A program made the translations under genes and the position numbers. The notes below the pieces were generated by a model. It was not told where the DNA came from, made no database searches, and worked only from the letters and a program-made list of their open reading frames with translations. From NCBI RefSeq assembly GCF_009914755.1, contig NC_060943.1: a DNA stretch of 64,000 bases; one strand, 5' to 3'. Shown here in pieces: positions 14,690 to 40,063 of this stretch (position 1 is the first letter of the stretch; each line of letters opens with the position of its first letter). This DNA comes from the human T2T-CHM13v2.0 reference genome, Homo sapiens.

Positions 14690-17340
14690 TAATGAAAGCA
14701 GCTTTCCATCCTAGATCCAGACAGCCCAGATCACCAGCTGGAATCTCTGCATTTGTATCCGTGCCATAGACATACATACGTATTCATAAACATCCATTTC
14801 CCCACACAGAGTCATAAAGCAGTTTGGGGAGTCAGGAAAGGAGGACACAGATAGAGATGTCCCACAGGGTTCGGCGGAGCTAACTCACTCTGTCTCTCTG
14901 CCCCACAGACAGCTGGGAGTGGTAGTACAGCCCATGCATTTGGGACCTGGCTAGGCTGGCAGGAGCTGTGCGGGGTTCCCTCCTTGCCTTGAACCCCCTC
15001 ACAGGGCTGAACATCAGCAGGCCCCATCTCTCGAAGGGTTTCCAGCTGCCTCCTGGGCTCTGAGATCGCGTGCATCCTGCCTGCAGGGCGCACAGTCTGC
15101 CAGGGACTCAGTGGGAAGAGGATCATGGAACCTGTGGGCCCAGAGTCACCGAGCAGGACCCTGTCATCCTCCTGGTCTCTCACACCAGCCCCCTTCCTCA
15201 CTGTAGCTGACAGGGCCTGACCAGAGGTGCATGCCCAAGGCCGCAAACCCCCTAGGAGGAAGCTGGCATCTGGGGTGTCAGAAGTGTGACTAGGAGCTCA
15301 GAGGGTGTACTGGAGCTTGCAGTTGGGGGATAATTAAGCCAGAGGGCCACCTCTTTTAAGGGAGAGTGAATTATGGCACGAGGACAGGCATCCCGGAGTC
15401 AGGCGGCTGGGAACAAGGCAGTGGTCATTGTGACCCGGCAGCATTCCCAGCCCTGGTGCCTTTTCCCCAGCTCTGGAGACAAACCAGCAGGCCTGGGTGT
15501 TCCCCCCACAGAGCACAGAGAGCAGCAGGCGCTGTGAGGGGCAGCCTGGGTGGGAAAGAGGGAATGGAGGGAGGGGTGCAGACCGCAGAGAGGCCGCTCC
15601 AAGCTGAAAAATGGGGCACATCAGCCAAAGTTGTCTTTGGTGGGTATGGAGAGGATGGGGGTGCCCTACAGCTGAGTGCTGAGGCTGGAGGCTGCATTGA
15701 CCCCCAGGTAGAAGGGGCACCCCACCGCCACCCCCAAATCCCCAGGTACTCCCTCGGCTTCATTTCTGTGCCCTGCCACATAAAACAACACAGCCCTGAC
15801 GTTTGGAATGATCTAAGGCTATTTTAGACAAAAGGGGAAGTTATATTTTGGGGAATGCTGCATCTAAGAGAAGAGTGAAATTATGGGGTATATTTTAAGC
15901 ACCATAAAAAGGTCTCCTTGGAATTTGGAGAAAGTTGATTAAAAGCTGAAGTGTAAGGTCTGGGACACCCCTGCCACAGCCCTGCCCTCCCCAAATGTTC
16001 TGGGGGTTTTACTGCTCCAGGGTTATGGAGACAGGGGACCCATCTGTCTATCGGCGATGTCAGCCTCAATGTTTGGGGCGGGAGTGTGGGCAGGCATCAA
16101 TCAGCCACAGGGCCTGGCTGCCAATTTGTTTCCTAGTGATTATCCAGGATAGATCCGATTTCTGCAGGCCTCGCCCTGGGCAGCTCAGTCCCCAATGTCA
16201 CAGTGCAGTTGCCACCTAAGGTTTCCTTCTGTGTGACTTGGCCACAGCAAGCCAGAACCAGCTCCTGAAACCAGTCCCCTCGAGAACCCCATTCCCGGGA
16301 GTGCCCAGAGGCAGCTTGGCATCTTCTGCCCAGCTGCTGACTGGCCCTGTGACCCCGACACGTGGTTCCTCCTGGTAAAAGAAAGAAAGGGATGACTTAG
16401 CAGTGGTCAGGCACCAGCACCCAACACCTTCCCTAGAGGGGGTTCTCTGTAAATCCCGGACAGTATCATCACCTCTTTAAGGGAGAGTGAATTACGGCCA
16501 CCTCTGTCTTTGTCAGTGTCATTACAGTATTCTCAGCCCGATGCGGTGGCTCACGCCTGTAAGCCCAGCACTTTTAGAGGCCGAGGCAGGCTGATCACTT
16601 GAGGTCAGGAGTTGGAGACCAGCCTGGCCAACATGGTGAAACCCCATCTCTACTAAAAATACAAAAATTAGCCAAGCGTGGTGGCAGGCGCCTGTAATCC
16701 CCGCTACTGAGGAAGCTGAGGCAGGAGAATGGCTTGAACCCGGGAGTCAGAAGTTGCAGTGAGCCAAGATCATGCCACTGCACTCCAGCCTGGGTGACAA
16801 AGCGACACTCTTCCTCAAAAAAAAAAAAAAAAAAAAGAAAAGACATATACAGGATTCTAGTTAGCGGGTATGTGAACTGAGGTTCTTGCCTGGAGCTGAT
16901 TCTGCCATCGGTTGATGTTTGGCAACTGCTGGAGACATTTTTGGTTATCATAGCTGGGGAGGGAGAGATGCTACTGGCTTCTGGTGGGTAGAGGCCAAGA
17001 TGCTGCTAAACACCCCACAGTGTACAGGACGGCCCCCCTCTTTAAAGAATGACCCGGCTGCAAATGTCAGTAGTGCTGAGGCAGAGAGACCTGCTTTAGT
17101 TTAGAGGCCTTTAGAGAGTACAATTGAAAATCTGGTCTGGCGCTCTGGACAGAATCTGCAGGGAGCAGTGGTAATTCAGAAGCCACCACCTAGATGGAGG
17201 CCGGGAGCCATGGCTCACGCCTGTAATCCCGGCACTTTGGCAGGCTGAGGCAGGAGGATAGCTTGAGCATAGGAGTTCGAGACCAGCATGACAACATAGC
17301 GAGAGCCTGTCTCTATATTTTTTAAAATTTTTTAAAATGA

Positions 17341-17371
<31 letters not shown>

Positions 17372-18458
17372 TTTTTTTGAGACAGAGTTTCACTCTGTCA
17401 CCCAGGCTGGAGTGTAGTGGTGCGATCTTGGCTCACTAAAACCTCCGCCTCCCAGGTTCAAGTGATTCTCCTGCCTCAGCCTCCCAAATAGCTGGGACTA
17501 CAGGCGTACGCCATCACGCCCACCTGATTTTTGTATTTTTTGGTAGAGACATGGTTTCGCCATGTTGGCCAGGCTGGTCTTAAACTCCTGACCTCAGGTG
17601 ATCCGCCCACCTTGGCCTCCTGTGATCACGCCTGGGATCACAGGCGTGAGCCACCATGCCGGGCCTGTTTTTTTAATTTAAATTTTCTTTTAAATGAAGC
17701 CACCACCTGTGTGGAGGGAGCTGTTTGTGGAAGGTGTAATTGTTAATAAGATTGTCCTCCAAGGAGGATGAGAAGACGACAAGGGCAGGCAGCCCCTGGA
17801 GAGGCCCTCAGTGCAGGCCGGCCTGAGGGGACATCTCCAGTCCTGCCAAAGTGCCTGGACCCGTTCTCGGCACCTCTCACCTCTCCCCTACAAACCAGAA
17901 TTTACCAGCTCCAGGAGTTCAGAGGAATGGCCAGGAAGCAAGATGTGGGGGTTTGAGTGCAGGCTTGGCTGCCTGCATGCTGTGTGACCTGCAGCAAGTC
18001 ACTTGACCTCTCTGTTCTGCCTCCTGATCTCTCACGCCCCAGGGCCTTTGCATGTGCTGTGCCCTCAATCTGGAATACTCTTGCCACCATCATCCTTTTA
18101 AGTCCCACCCAAAGGCCTCCATGTCCCTTCAGTGCCAGCGCACAGCACCACTGGGAGATTCAGAGCACAGATCCAGGATGACGGGCAAGCATGGGGTGTG
18201 GCTCCCACTGCCTTGCACCCTGAGGCTCTGAGCAGGCTCTCTTCAGCGACCCTGTGTTTCTTACAGCCGGCTTCTGGTGTTGGCTGAGGAAGAGCCAGGA
18301 ATGAGCGAGTGCTGAGATGGAGTCACAGGACACTGAGGCAGCAGGGAGGCCGAGGCGGGGAGCCTGGGCGGTCCTCCTATGCCTGAGTGCGCTCCCATCC
18401 TTACTCTGGAACTGCCACGTAAAGAAAAGCAGAGATGCCCAGTGGTTCATACCTGTAA

Positions 18459-18701
<243 letters not shown>

Positions 18702-19736
18702 TAATTTTAGTAGAGATGGGGTTTCACCATGTTAGTCAGGATGGTCTCGATCTCCTAACCTCATGATCCACCTGCCTCGGCCTCCCAAAGTGCAGGGATT
18801 ACAGCTATAAGCCATTGCGCCCGGCCAAGCTCGGGAGTTTGAGGTCATCCTGGACAACGTGGCAAAACCCCGTTGCTACGAAAAATACAAAAATTAGCCA
18901 GGCGTGCTGGCGCATGCCTGTAGTCCCAGCTACTCAGGAGGCTGAGGTGGGAGGATTGCAGGCCCATGATATGTCAAAGGCAGGATGTGTAAACCAAGAT
19001 GGAGGTGATGAGGAGCAGCTTGTGCCCAACTGTCAGGAGCAGCAAGGGTCTTTGTATCATATGATCCCTCTGGGCTCAGGGCAGTGCCTGCTGTGGCTTC
19101 CCCAGACCCAAGGAGGATGCCACACAGTATACCATTCAGCGTTGGAGTGAGCGCCCAAGACAGGCTGGGCAGCCACCGCTACTGCCCCTTTTCAGAGCAG
19201 ATTGGATTCAAAGGAGATTATTTAGCCATAAAAAGGAATGAAGGGCCATTCAGGCTCACATCTGTAATCCCAGTGCTTTGGGAAGCCAAGGCGGGAAGAT
19301 TGCTTGAGGCCAGGAGTTTGAAACCACCCTGGGCAACATAGTGAGACCCCATCTCTACAAAAAATAAAAATATTAGCCAGGCATGTGCCTGTAACCCCAG
19401 CTACTCAGGAGGCTGAGGCAGGAGGATCGTTTGAGCCTAGGAGGCAGAGGTTATAGTTGGTGAGCCATGATCATGCCATTGCATTCCAGCCTCGGCAACA
19501 GAGCAAGACTCTGTCTCAAAAAAAAAAAAAAAAAAAAAAAGATAGATAGATAGATATCTAAATGTATATCTCCTTTATGCTAATTGGTAACAGTCCTCAT
19601 GGTGAGTATTGAATAAACTGGCTGGAGTGGGTTTGTGGCGGCAGCTCTTGGAGTATATGTTCTGGAGAGAGAGAGAGAGATATATAACAGCAGATATAGA
19701 GCAGTTTAGTCCTGACATGGTGGCACATGCCTGTAG

Positions 19737-20190
<454 letters not shown>

Positions 20191-20559
20191 TGAAGGGACA
20201 CAGCAGTGGTCCCACACTGGGGTTCGGGAGATGAGGGCAAACTGAAATCTTGGTGATTCAGACTTTCTTTCCCCACTACCATAAGTGAGGGAACCCACAC
20301 TTACAGCAGATATGTATTCCAAATATATATATATATATATATCCAAGAGCTGCCGCCACAGGATGACGGGTTGCTGACCACAGCTCTGGAGAGTGGGTCC
20401 AAGGGGAGCCTGGGGGCCCCAAAAGGCATCCCCCACCCCAAGTTTACAGAGAGAGGCAGTGGCACCTGCAGGGAGGGCAGAGAGGTGCTGTGGTAGCTAC
20501 AGACCCTCCTTCCAGCCCTCCCTAAGGAGATTACCTTTCTTTACATGTGCAAATGTTCA

Positions 20560-20862
<303 letters not shown>

Positions 20863-21989
20863 TCAAAAAAAAAAAAAAGTACTGGAAGTCTTTGCTGTTC
20901 AAGTCCCTGTGGTTTGGAGATTGTGTGGGGAAGCAAACGTCATCTCAAGATGAAACCTTTCCAAATGAGCTGAACACTTGCAGAATGAGCCTCCACTCAG
21001 ACTCCCCTCTCAGCTTAGCCTAAGGCTGGCTCCTCCCATGATGCAAATACGGTGCAAGCTGGTTGCAAAGTGAGGTTGAGAATCTTTCTTGCAAAAGATG
21101 CATTATTTCAGGAAGCCATCAAAAGTTGCCTGGAGGCTAGGCGCAGTGGCTCAGGCCTGTAATCCCAGCACTTTGGGAGTAAGAGGGGGGCAGATCACCT
21201 GAGGTCAGGAGTTCGAGACCAGCCTGGTTAACATGGTGAAACCTCGTCTCTACTAAAAATACAAAAATTAGCTGGGTGTGGTGGCATGCACCTGTAATCC
21301 CAGCTACTCAGGAGGCTGAGGCAGGAGAATTGCTTGAACCCGGGAGATTGCACCTCTGCACTCCAGCCTGGGCAACAGAGTGAGACTCTGCCTCAAAAAA
21401 ACAGGTGATCTGGAGAATCACTCCCCTCATACCTCCTTAAGTCTACATGGAACAGTCTCAAAAATCATTCCTACATCACAGCCAGGTGTGGTGGCACATG
21501 CTTGTAATCCAAGATGCTCAGGAGGCTGAGACGGGACGATCACTTGAGCCCAGGAGTTTGGGACATAGACACAGACAGCCAATGACAGGCAGGTATCAGT
21601 TAGCAGGCAGGAAAGAGGTTCAACCATGGTGGACAGAGCCTTAGGAGCTAATGAGGCCATGATGCTGGTAACTTTAAATGACATCATTCAGGGCCAGTTG
21701 CAGTGGCTCATGCCTGTAATCCCAACACTTTGGGAGGCCAAGGCAGGAAGCTCACTTGAAGCCAGGAGTTCAAGACCAGCCTATACAACAAAGCAAAACC
21801 CTGTCTCTACAATAATTAAAAAATTAAACAGGCGTGGTGGTGCAAGGTGGTGCTACTCAAGAGGTTGAGGTGGGAGGGCCGCAGGACCCAGGAATTGGAG
21901 GCTGAAGTGAGCTACGATCACACCACTGCTCTCCAGCCTGGGGGACAGAGCAAGATCCTGTCTCAGTAAATAAATAATAAATAAGTAAA

Positions 21990-24231
<2,242 letters not shown>

Positions 24232-25309
24232 TCAGATGTTTTCACAGCCTTGAGAACCAAACAGGACCTTCCCCCATCAAAGCCTGGTTTGTTCTGTATT
24301 CTTTCTGTGACCTAGTACGTGGTTTCGTGATAACCTAAACCCAAATTTAGTGACATATGTAAGATTTCAGTAACTTGTTTCACACTTAGGTTTTTGTTGT
24401 TATTTAAGGCTTCCCCTACCCCACCCCTGTAGGGTTTGCTGTGAGACTTTAGCTCATGGTAGGAGTCTGTCCTTAAAGGGCCACGTCCTAGCCCTGGGAG
24501 TCCTTGCTGCGTTTCAGTGTTTGCTGTAATGCCATCTGCGTCTGTGGCTGACAGTTGGTGTCTCTTGTGAACTGGGACATACGGCGTTGGGAGCACTCAG
24601 CTCTCTGTACATCCCTGCCGTCCGTCCATCTGACCAGCAACCAGCTATCGAGAGCCTGCCGGGGTGCCCCAAACCCCTTGAGCAACCAGAAAAGAACAGA
24701 ACCCGGCAGCAGCTAGGCTAGGGGCCCTGGAGAGCCTCCACTTCCTCCTCTGCGAATAGGGGAGCCATGAGGTTGGGGTGACTCTTCCACTTCCTGCCCC
24801 CACATCCGCAGGCCAACTGAGCCTGCAGCTGCCTCCTGTGCAGGCTTGGGCTTGGGGGTGTGGGGAGTCCTGTCTTGCACCACATAGCTGCCTCCTCACC
24901 TCCATGACACCCACCCCCTTCGCAGGGTCTTCCTTGTGCCTGGCTGGCATCATCCCCGACATGGCCCCCACTAACCTCCTCATTCCCTCGGCCCCGCCTT
25001 CACCACAGCTCTGAGCTCTGTTGAAAGCATCAGCTAAACTTCTCATTTCCTCGCCTCCAGCCCTGCCTGCTGGCCTCCGCCCCCTCTGCTCCCAGCTCCC
25101 AGGGAGTCTCTTCTCACCCAGCCCTCCTTGGGCACGTGACCCTGTGGACCCATTTTGTCCTGGGTGCTTCCCAGGCCTGCTCCTCCACGTCCCCACCATG
25201 GCCTCGGGAGACCAGTCACCCAGGGTGACACTCACCTCCTGCCGACCCATCCTGCTGGAACCATGTCGGGGATCCCCGGAAAACCCCATTTAACAGAGGA
25301 TCCAGAACA

Positions 25310-26592
<1,283 letters not shown>

Positions 26593-27084
26593 GTAGAGAT
26601 CACTGGTACCAGGAGGGTGTCCTCCATGTGGCCACACCCATGCCCCTACCTGTTTGTCTGTGACCGCTTTCCTGCCACATTGGCAGAGCTGAGCGGTGAC
26701 AGCAGATGGAGCCAAAAATATTCACCACCTGCCCCTTCGCAGAACAAGTTTACTGGCCCCTGATTCACACAGAAAATCCCGCTTAATCCTCCATCTGCTA
26801 AGGCAGAGATTTTTCCAAAACCTTACCTTACAGGAGAGAAATCTGAAATCCAAGAGCCGTGAACTAATTTGCCCAAATTGCCCAGCAGTAGCCTTGAACC
26901 TCCAACCCTCCCCCTGGCCACCAGGATCCACTGAATCTTGCAAAGTGTCTCAGCAGAAGTAGCCTGCAACCTGGCTAGTCATGGTGGCTCAAGCCTGTAA
27001 TCCCAGCTTTTTGGGAGGCCGAGGCAGGAGAATCACTTGAGCCCAGGAGTTCAAGGCCACCCTGGGCAACATAGCAAGACCCTA

Positions 27085-27409
<325 letters not shown>

Positions 27410-28116
27410 TCAGGCGTCCTGGGACAGGGCACTGCCCATAGGGCTCCTGTGTCCATGAGGGCCTGGCACAGCCTTGGGATGTGGCCTCCGCCTACCGGCT
27501 TGAGCCACCGGCGCTCAGGGTCACAGCTCTCGTCTGGGTCTGACTGCTGTCAGTGTCCCCAGGTGGGCGTCACCTACTCCGTGGCCTCGGGACGAGTGCT
27601 GTTTCAGGTAGAAAGTTCTGCTAGGAACTTGGAGAATACAGGAAAGAAATAACAGGAGGTCCAAGCTGGCTGCCAGGCCCTGGCCAGTGTCATGTGGTGG
27701 TCTCCACCTTACCCAGCTAGAAGGAGAGAGGACTTTTGCAAACCAAAAAGCAAGGGGACAATCTCCCTCTTTCAGCCCCTTTCTTTAGGCTCTGTGGTGG
27801 CTCGATATTTGCAGATGTTCTTTCTCCAGCCGCAGCCTCTCTTGGCCATACCGGTCACTCCTTCATCTCAGTGCCTGCATGGCCTTGACGGGACAGGGGA
27901 GATCAGAAGTTCTGCGTGGCTCATGGCCTGAGCAGGGGGGTGGAGGCTTCACCCAGAGGTGGTGTTGCAGAGGGAGGAAGAAACAGCATCAAGGGACCGG
28001 GCATGGTGGCTCACACCTGCGATCCCAGCACTTTTGGGAGGCTGAGGCAGGTGGATTGCCTGAGCTCAGGAGTTCGAGACCAGCCTGGCCAACGAGGTGA
28101 AACCCTGTCTCTACTA

Positions 28117-28275
<159 letters not shown>

Positions 28276-29212
28276 TCAACAACAACAACAACAACAACAA
28301 AAAGAAACAGCATCAAGGCTCCGGGAAGTGAGCAGCCCACTCTGTCCAGGCAGGTCCAGGGAGGCTCCCAGAGGCCAAGACACCTGAGCTGTGGCTAAAC
28401 GTAACCAAACGTGTCAGGGCAGGTGGGCAGGGCATGGGCCAGGAGGGGAGCCACGGACGCGTCAGCCTCCTGCTCTTGGACTTGAGGGAGGGCGGCAGAC
28501 CTTTCAGCACTTCTGTTTCCTCGTCTGAAATGGGGATGGCAGGTCTGCTTCTTAAAGGAATGCGAGTTGAAGAGGGAGTCTCGAATCCCACAGTATATGC
28601 CCCTAGTGGGCCACTCCTCACCACAGGTCATGATATGTCATAGTCTCTGTTCTCCCTAAAATGTTTTAGGGAGAATGGTTTTTTTGGTTTTTTGGTTTGT
28701 TTGTTTGTTTTTAGATGGGTTCTAACTCTGTTGCCCAGGCTGGAGTGCAGTGGTGCAATCATAGCTCACTGTAGCCTCGACCTCCTGGACTCAAGCAATC
28801 CCTCTCCCTCAGCCTCCTAAGTAGCTGGGACTACAAGTGTGTACCACCAGACCTGGTGAACTTTTCAGTTATTTTTCTTTAAGAGACAGAGTCTTGCTAT
28901 GTTGCCCAGCTGGTCCTGAATCCATGGCCTCAAGCGATCCTCCTGCCTTGGCCTCCCAAAGTGCTTGGATCATAGATGTGAGCCACCTGCCTGGCCTCCC
29001 TAAAATGTTACCAGGCATTCCAACCAAGAGGAGAGCCATCCTTTAGATAGAAGATATAGAATTTTTGACCAGGCACAGTGGCTCACACCTGTAATCCCAG
29101 CACTTTGGGAGGCTGAGGCGGGTGAATCACTTGAGGACTGGAGTTCGAGACCAGCCTGGCCAACATAGCAAGACCCCATCTCTACTACCAGTACAGAAAT
29201 TAGCCGGGCATT

Positions 29213-29667
<455 letters not shown>

Positions 29668-29714
29668 CTAGAATTTTTGCCTACATAGGACGTTCAACCC
29701 TGGATGTCTCTTTT

Positions 29715-30470
<756 letters not shown>

Positions 30471-30967
30471 TTCTCAATTCAAGAAACCTTTTTAAATTGC
30501 CCAGAAGAAAAATCTCAAAGGCAGGGGCGTTTGGAAGGCGGCCAGACTTCTTCCAGCCCTCAATGTCCCTGGTGGGCACATGGCATCCCCACTGGGCCCA
30601 CACCTAGGCCAGCCCTGTCAGAGGAAGAGGCAAGACTGCCTCTACGTTAGTTTTACCTAGAAACCGTGACTGGGGGGAAGCTGAATTATGACCAATAGCT
30701 TTATGGATTTCTTTCTTCTGTGCTTTTCACGAGGTTTTTAAAATTTTTCTTTAATTTTTTTGGGGGGTGGGGCGGGGAACAGGGTCTCACTCTGTCGTCT
30801 AGGCTAGAGTGTAATGGCACAATCATGGCTCACTGCAGCCTCAACCTCCTGGGCTCAAGTGATCCTCCCATTTCAGCCCCCTGAGTAGCTGGGACTAGAG
30901 GCATGCATCACCACGCCTGGCTATTTTTTTCTTTTTTGTAGACACAGGATCTCACGGCTGCTCTTGA

Positions 30968-31283
<316 letters not shown>

Positions 31284-31347
31284 TGAACCCCTGACCTCAA
31301 GTGATCCATCCACCTTGGCTTCCAAAGTGGTGGAATTACAGGTGTGA

Positions 31348-31569
<222 letters not shown>

Positions 31570-31645
31570 TAATTTTTGTATTTTTAGTAGAGATGGGGTT
31601 TTACCATGTTGGCCAGGCTGGTCTTGAACTCCTGACCTCAAGTGA

Positions 31646-31888
<243 letters not shown>

Positions 31889-32029
31889 TAATTTTTTGTA
31901 TTTTTGGTAGAGACAGGGTTTCACCATGATAGCCAGGATGGTCTCGATGTCCTGACCTTGTGATCCGCCTGTCTCAGCCTCCCAAAGTGCTGGCATTACA
32001 GGCGTGAGCCACTGCGCCCGGCCTATTTT

Positions 32030-34080
<2,051 letters not shown>

Positions 34081-34149
34081 AGATAATAATTTTTTTCCAA
34101 AGTTTACAACTTATATTAGAAACATGTTTTTTATATTATAAAAGAAAAA

Positions 34150-34700
34150 AAAATGTGTTTCTGTTAAAGGAGAGGCGTTTTTTGGTTTTGAGTGAGTCCA
34201 GCGCTGTGGGTTTTATAGCCTGGGGGGACCATGGCATCCGCCTTCCCGGTGCGTGTGCCAGATTATATCGCATAGTTGTTGACACCGGGGTCCCACTTCC
34301 TCCCTTCTGTCCACCCTGGACCCCACATGATACTCCAGGCACACCAGCCACCCTTGTGCTTTGAGACCGTGCGAGCCCCCGGCCAGCCCAGCCAAGCAGC
34401 AACACAATAGCACCCCTCGCTGCGAGCGCTGGGCCGCACTTCCCCCTCGGATGTATAATAGCACCAACCGGATATTTTTAGATGGGCTTTGAAAAGTCGC
34501 AGTGTGCTGAGACCGCATACCAGACGCGTGAGGTCACCGGGCCTGGGAGCAGCCTCTATGCATGGATAATTGGTGCACGGGGTAATCGGGTAATCGCAGA
34601 ACCAGAAAGCCAGCCCTTGGGCAGCCATGGTGGTGGGAGGGGCCCCTCATATCCCAAGGCGTTCCCTGTGTTACGTTCCCAAGACACCAGGCCTGGCTGT
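34150..34700. promoter_or_regulatory. Candidate intronic enhancer or alternative promoter (CpG-retaining unique sequence)
   Basis: More than 20 CpGs in ~400 bp of non-repeat DNA, with TATA-like, MEF2-like, ETS and tandem GGTAATCG motifs. Confidence 0.45.
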
Positions 34701-35942
34701 GATATTAGAAGTCACTGCAGAGACTTGTCCCCTGGGTTTAAAGTGAGCACTGTGGCTCTTTAAGGTACAAATGTACATTTCTGGGGCACCTCTGCCACAG
34801 ACCAGGCTTTACACCAAGGTACTACGGGGACCCTGACTCAGAGAGAGACCCGTTTCCTGCTGCAGACACCCCAGGGCCACCAACAGGACTGTCCCCCCCA
34901 CCCCACCCCTGAGGACAGGCATCCCTTTGCCATCTGCTCATAGTTAAGCAGGGAAGCTTTCTGAGCCCCTTCCTGGGACGTTATTTTAGGGTTTCCCTGA
35001 CAGATCTCTTTGAATTGAGGGTGACTGGGGAGGAGAGTCTGGTCGTGGGACCACATAGGTGAGGCTGGGCTTCGTGCTGTCAGGCAGGGAGCAAGGAGGA
35101 GGGCCTAGGCCCAGGCACCGGGCCCCAGGCTGAAGCTGATTTCCTGCGTGAGCTCCAGACTATGGCCCTGCAGGGTCCCGTGAGCATCCAAGGAGACGAG
35201 TCAGTGCCTCGAGACTGGGGGTTTCACTCCAAATAACAACAAAAAACAGTTCTCCAGCTACCCTCTGGAGAGCTGGAAATGAAACCTAGAAAGACCGCAG
35301 GGACCCCTCAGCACCTAGAATGCAGCACATATGGGAACCTATGGAAGGGACAAAGGGACCAGTGAGCCCCGACTACCCAGCCCTGCAACCCCTTTTATTT
35401 CTGTCTGTGTACATCAATGCTCCGCAGCCGGGGTGATTTGCCGATCTCTGGGGACATTCTTTGGTTATCCCAGATGGCATCGGGTAGGTGGAGGCCAGGG
35501 ACGCTGTTCAACACCGTGTAGTGCACAGGACGCCCCCATCACACAGGATGGTTCACCCTCAAAAAGTCCCATAGGCACCCAGGAAAGTCAACTTCACCAG
35601 CAGAGCCCTTGGTGGTTCCCGCCCACCGACCAGCCCCCTGGGTTTCATCAGACCCTCCAGAGACTGTTTCAAAGTTCAACAGGTCAGACCGGGCCCAGTG
35701 GCTCACACCTGTAATCTCAGCACTTTGGGAGGCTGAGATGGAAGGATTGCTTGAGTCCAGGAGCCCCAGACCAACCTGGGTAACACAGTAAGATTCGTGT
35801 CGACAAAAATAATTTTTAAAATTAGGCCAGGCACAGAGGCTCACGCCTGTAATCCCAGCACTTTGGGAAGCCGAGGCGGGCAGATCACCTGAGGTCAGAA
35901 GTTCAAGACCAGCCTGACCAACATGGAGAAACCCCGTCTCTA

Positions 35943-36149
<207 letters not shown>

Positions 36150-36780
36150 TCAGCTCCTTAAGAGACAGAAATGGGAGGATCGCCTGAGCCTGGGGGTTGA
36201 GGTTGAGGCTGCAGTGAGCTATGGTCGCACCACTTAAACTCCAGTCTGGGCGACAGAGTGAGACCCTGTCTCCCTGTCTCAAACAACAACAACAACAACA
36301 AGAGGTGAGCAAGGCTCATGTGGTGACCCAGTCCGCCCCCACCAAAAGCACCCGGCTACTTCCCAGACCCCCTTCTCTGTAGAGGACCAGGTCATCTCTC
36401 TCTGGGGCCCCCTCCTTATCACCTTCCTGCTTGGCTCCGTGCCCCATGATCTTGAGCTCCTCCCTGTTTCCTTGTCCCATGACCCAAACAGCCAGCTCCT
36501 TGAGTAGTGTGACCCGCACATGGGTCCAGCCACAGCAACTGTCCGGGCTTCAAGCTCTGCCCGAGGCTTTGCAGCTGAATGGAGCCTTCTCCAAGGGAGT
36601 ATCTGGGCCTCCCATGGTCAGATCCTTTTTTTTTATTTGAAACAGAGTCTCGCTCTGTCGCCGAGGCTGGAGTGCAGGGGCGCAAATGCAGCTGCAGCCT
36701 CAACCTCCTGGGCTGAAGCAATCCTCCCACCTCAGCCTCCAAAGTAACTGGAACTACAGGCACCCACCACCATACCTGGC

Positions 36781-37308
36781 TTTTTTTTTTTTTAATACTT
36801 TAAGTTCTGGGATACATGTGCAGAACGTGCAGTTTCGTTACATAGGTATACACATGCCATGGTGGTTTGCTGCACCCATCAACCCGTCACCTACATTAGG
36901 TATTTCTCCTAATGTTATCCCTCTCCTAGCCCCCTACCCCCTACAGGCCCTGGTGTGTGATGTTCCCCTCCCTGTGTCCATGTGTTCTCATTGTTCAACT
37001 CCCATTTATGAGTGAGAACATGTGGTGTTTGGTTTTCTGATCTTGTGATAGTTTGGTGAGAATGATGGTTTCCAGCTTCATCCATGTCCCTGCAAAGGAC
37101 ATGAACTCATCCTTTTTTATGGCTGCATAGTATTCCATAGTGTATATGTGCCACATTTTCTTAATCCAGTCTATCACTGATGGACATTTGGGTTGGTTCT
37201 GAGTCTTTGCTATTGTGAATAGTGCCGCAGTAAACATACGTGTGCATGTATCTCTATCGCAGAATGATTTATAATCCTTTGGGTATATGCCCAGTAAAGG
37301 GATTGCTG
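36781..37308 (-). mobile_element. 5'-truncated primate L1PA 3' end inserted inside an Alu
   Basis: Poly-T then actttaagttctgggatacatgtgcagaacgtgcag.... The minus-strand ORF ends in the L1 ORF2 C-terminus (KKMWHIYTMEYYAAIKKDEFMSFAGTWMKLE). TSD catacctggct at 36771 and 37309. Confidence 0.92.
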
Positions 37309-37526
37309 CATACCTGGCTAATTTTTTAAATTTTTTCTAGATTTGGGGTTTCGCCATGTTGCCCAGGCTGGTCTTGAACTCCTGGCCTCAAGCCATCCTC
37401 CTGCCTTGGCCTCCCAAAATGCTGAGATTACAGGCGTGACCACTGCGCCCAGCCACTCAGTTGCATTTTTAATGGGACTTCCCCATTCAGGCTGCCCCAC
37501 AAAAGCCTCCACTCAGTGGTCAGCCA

Positions 37527-39700
<2,174 letters not shown>

Positions 39701-39874
39701 CAGGCATGGTGACTCAAGCCTGTAATCCCAGCACTTTGGGAGGCCGAGGCAAGGAGATCACTTGGGGTCAGGAGTTCGAGACCAGCCTGGCCAACATGGT
39801 AAAACCCCATCTCTACTAAAAATACCAAAAATTAGCCGAGCGCAGTGGCACACACCTGTAATCCCAGCTACTCA

Positions 39875-40063
<189 letters not shown>

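Noticed and set aside
24645-25289. 214-aa minus-strand ORF
   Set aside because: Compositionally biased, probably overlapping an old repeat remnant, with no protein-family motif.
36995-37237. 80-aa ORF resembling a retrotransposon protein
   Set aside because: C-terminal remnant of ORF2 in a 5'-truncated, inactive L1.
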